Part shown: positions 31,314 to 32,000 of the stretch, piece by piece
Position numbering within the stretch: position 1 is the first letter of the stretch
Layout: every line of letters starts with the position of its first letter
Assembly: GCF_000146505.1 (NCBI RefSeq)
Contig: NC_017448.1
Coordinates: 3,090,001 to 3,122,000 of the forward strand
Source: Fibrobacter succinogenes subsp. succinogenes S85
Lineage (GTDB): Bacteria; Fibrobacterota; Fibrobacteria; Fibrobacterales; Fibrobacteraceae
DNA: 32,000 nt
Reading direction: 5' to 3'
Notes under the pieces: model-generated
The model's database searches: none
Seen by the model: the letters and a program-made list of their open reading frames with translations, nothing else
Told to the model about the DNA's origin: nothing
Position numbers and translations under genes: made by a program

Positions 31314-32000
31314 ATGACATATACATTTTTGAAGCTTGCTGAAGAAGTTCTTGAAGAAGCCAAAAAGCGCGAGAACATCCAAGCACTTTCCCATGTGGAA
31401 ATATGGGAAAAGGCTGAAAAATATGGAATTCAAAACAAGTGTAGTTCCTCTGGTAAAACGCCTTGGCAATCCATCTGCGCTCAAATATATGTGGATATGA
31501 AGGATAACGCTAAAACTATTTTTGCAAAAATTGGTACGCGGCCTGTGCGTTTTGCTCTTAAGAAATATGTTGAAAATGGTGTAAAGATTACTGACATAGA
31601 ACAAAAAATAAAACAGCCTAAGACAATATTTTCGGAACGGGATTTACATCCGCTTTTGACGAAGTTTGTTTATTCGAATTCGCATTTTCATTGTTATGCA
31701 AAGACTATTTATCATGAGACTTCAGCCAAACATAAGATTGGGCGAAATCATTGGTTACATCCGGATTTGATGGCCGTCTATTTCCCGTTTGATTCGTATC
31801 AAACAGGAACACTGGATATAATTAAGTCTTTTTATGAGTCAAAAATGAAATTGTTCTCATTTGAGATGAAAAAAGAAATCACTAGCTCGACTCTTCGTGA
31901 GTATTATTTCCAAGCAGTTTCTAATTCTAGTTGGGCTAACGAAGGCTATTTGGTCGCTTTGAAATTTGATCAAGATGATGATTTTCGTGAAGAAATGCAA
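31314..32000 (+). CDS. HARE-HTH domain protein with C-terminal PD-(D/E)xK-like domain (COG2958-like), partial (continues past window end)
   Basis: This ORF is not in the supplied track because it has no stop within the window. AAAGGAG lies 6 nt upstream of ATG 31314. The N-terminus is MTYTFLKLAEEVLEEAKK..LSHVEIWEKAEKYGI....SGKTPWQSICAQIYVDMKDN..IFAKIG.RPVRFALK, which matches the HARE-HTH pattern. The C-terminal part has ERDLHPLL, W.HPDLMAV, FSFEMKK (PD...ExK) and FQAVSNSSWANEGYLVA. Confidence 0.7.
   Translation, partial: MTYTFLKLAEEVLEEAKKRENIQALSHVEIWEKAEKYGIQNKCSSSGKTPWQSICAQIYVDMKDNAKTIFAKIGTRPVRFALKKYVENGVKITDIEQKIKQPKTIFSERDLHPLLTKFVYSNSHFHCYAKTIYHETSAKHKIGRNHWLHPDLMAVYFPFDSYQTGTLDIIKSFYESKMKLFSFEMKKEITSSTLREYYFQAVSNSSWANEGYLVALKFDQDDDFREEMQ

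Overview
The window looks like a gene-dense chromosomal segment from a Fibrobacter-like (FCB-group) anaerobe. That assignment is tentative and rests only on gene content and T9SS-type protein tails. There are about 25 protein genes and one tRNA-Thr(CGU). No transposase, integrase, CRISPR array or rRNA is visible.

Content in order:
- The 3' end of a secreted protein, then a Na/Pi cotransporter.
- Two large secreted repeat proteins. One has Ig-like repeats, a Ser-rich linker and a T9SS C-terminal domain. The other is a ~1990-aa adhesin-like giant with GLUG-type beta-helix modules and MBG domains.
- An XPB/RAD25-type helicase, tRNA-Thr, a membrane-anchored TPR protein and a small lipoprotein.
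- An envelope cluster: bamD, a barrel-like OMP, a PHP phosphoesterase and a rhomboid protease. It is divergent from lptF, lptG and a GAF-GGDEF cyclase.
- A sodium:solute symporter, two SIMPL/DUF541 proteins and a flavodoxin-fold NAD(P)H oxidoreductase.
- The anaerobic RNR operon nrdD-nrdG.
- An AT-richer tail with a small hypothetical gene and a HARE-HTH/PD-(D/E)xK gene that runs off the window.

Most interesting observations:
1. nrdD is in three pieces. There is a +1 frameshift exactly at GGG-TGA. The glycyl-radical loop is encoded by a separate 48-codon minigene with its own strong RBS, 1 nt upstream of nrdG. A heptamer-repeat element separates the minigene from the nrdD body.
2. A family of related heptanucleotide satellites (CTTAGAA, ACCACTA-like, ACTTCCT) recurs at four or more loci, including inside a coding region.
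3. The giant surface-protein gene carries near-identical, mosaic tandem modules at the DNA level.
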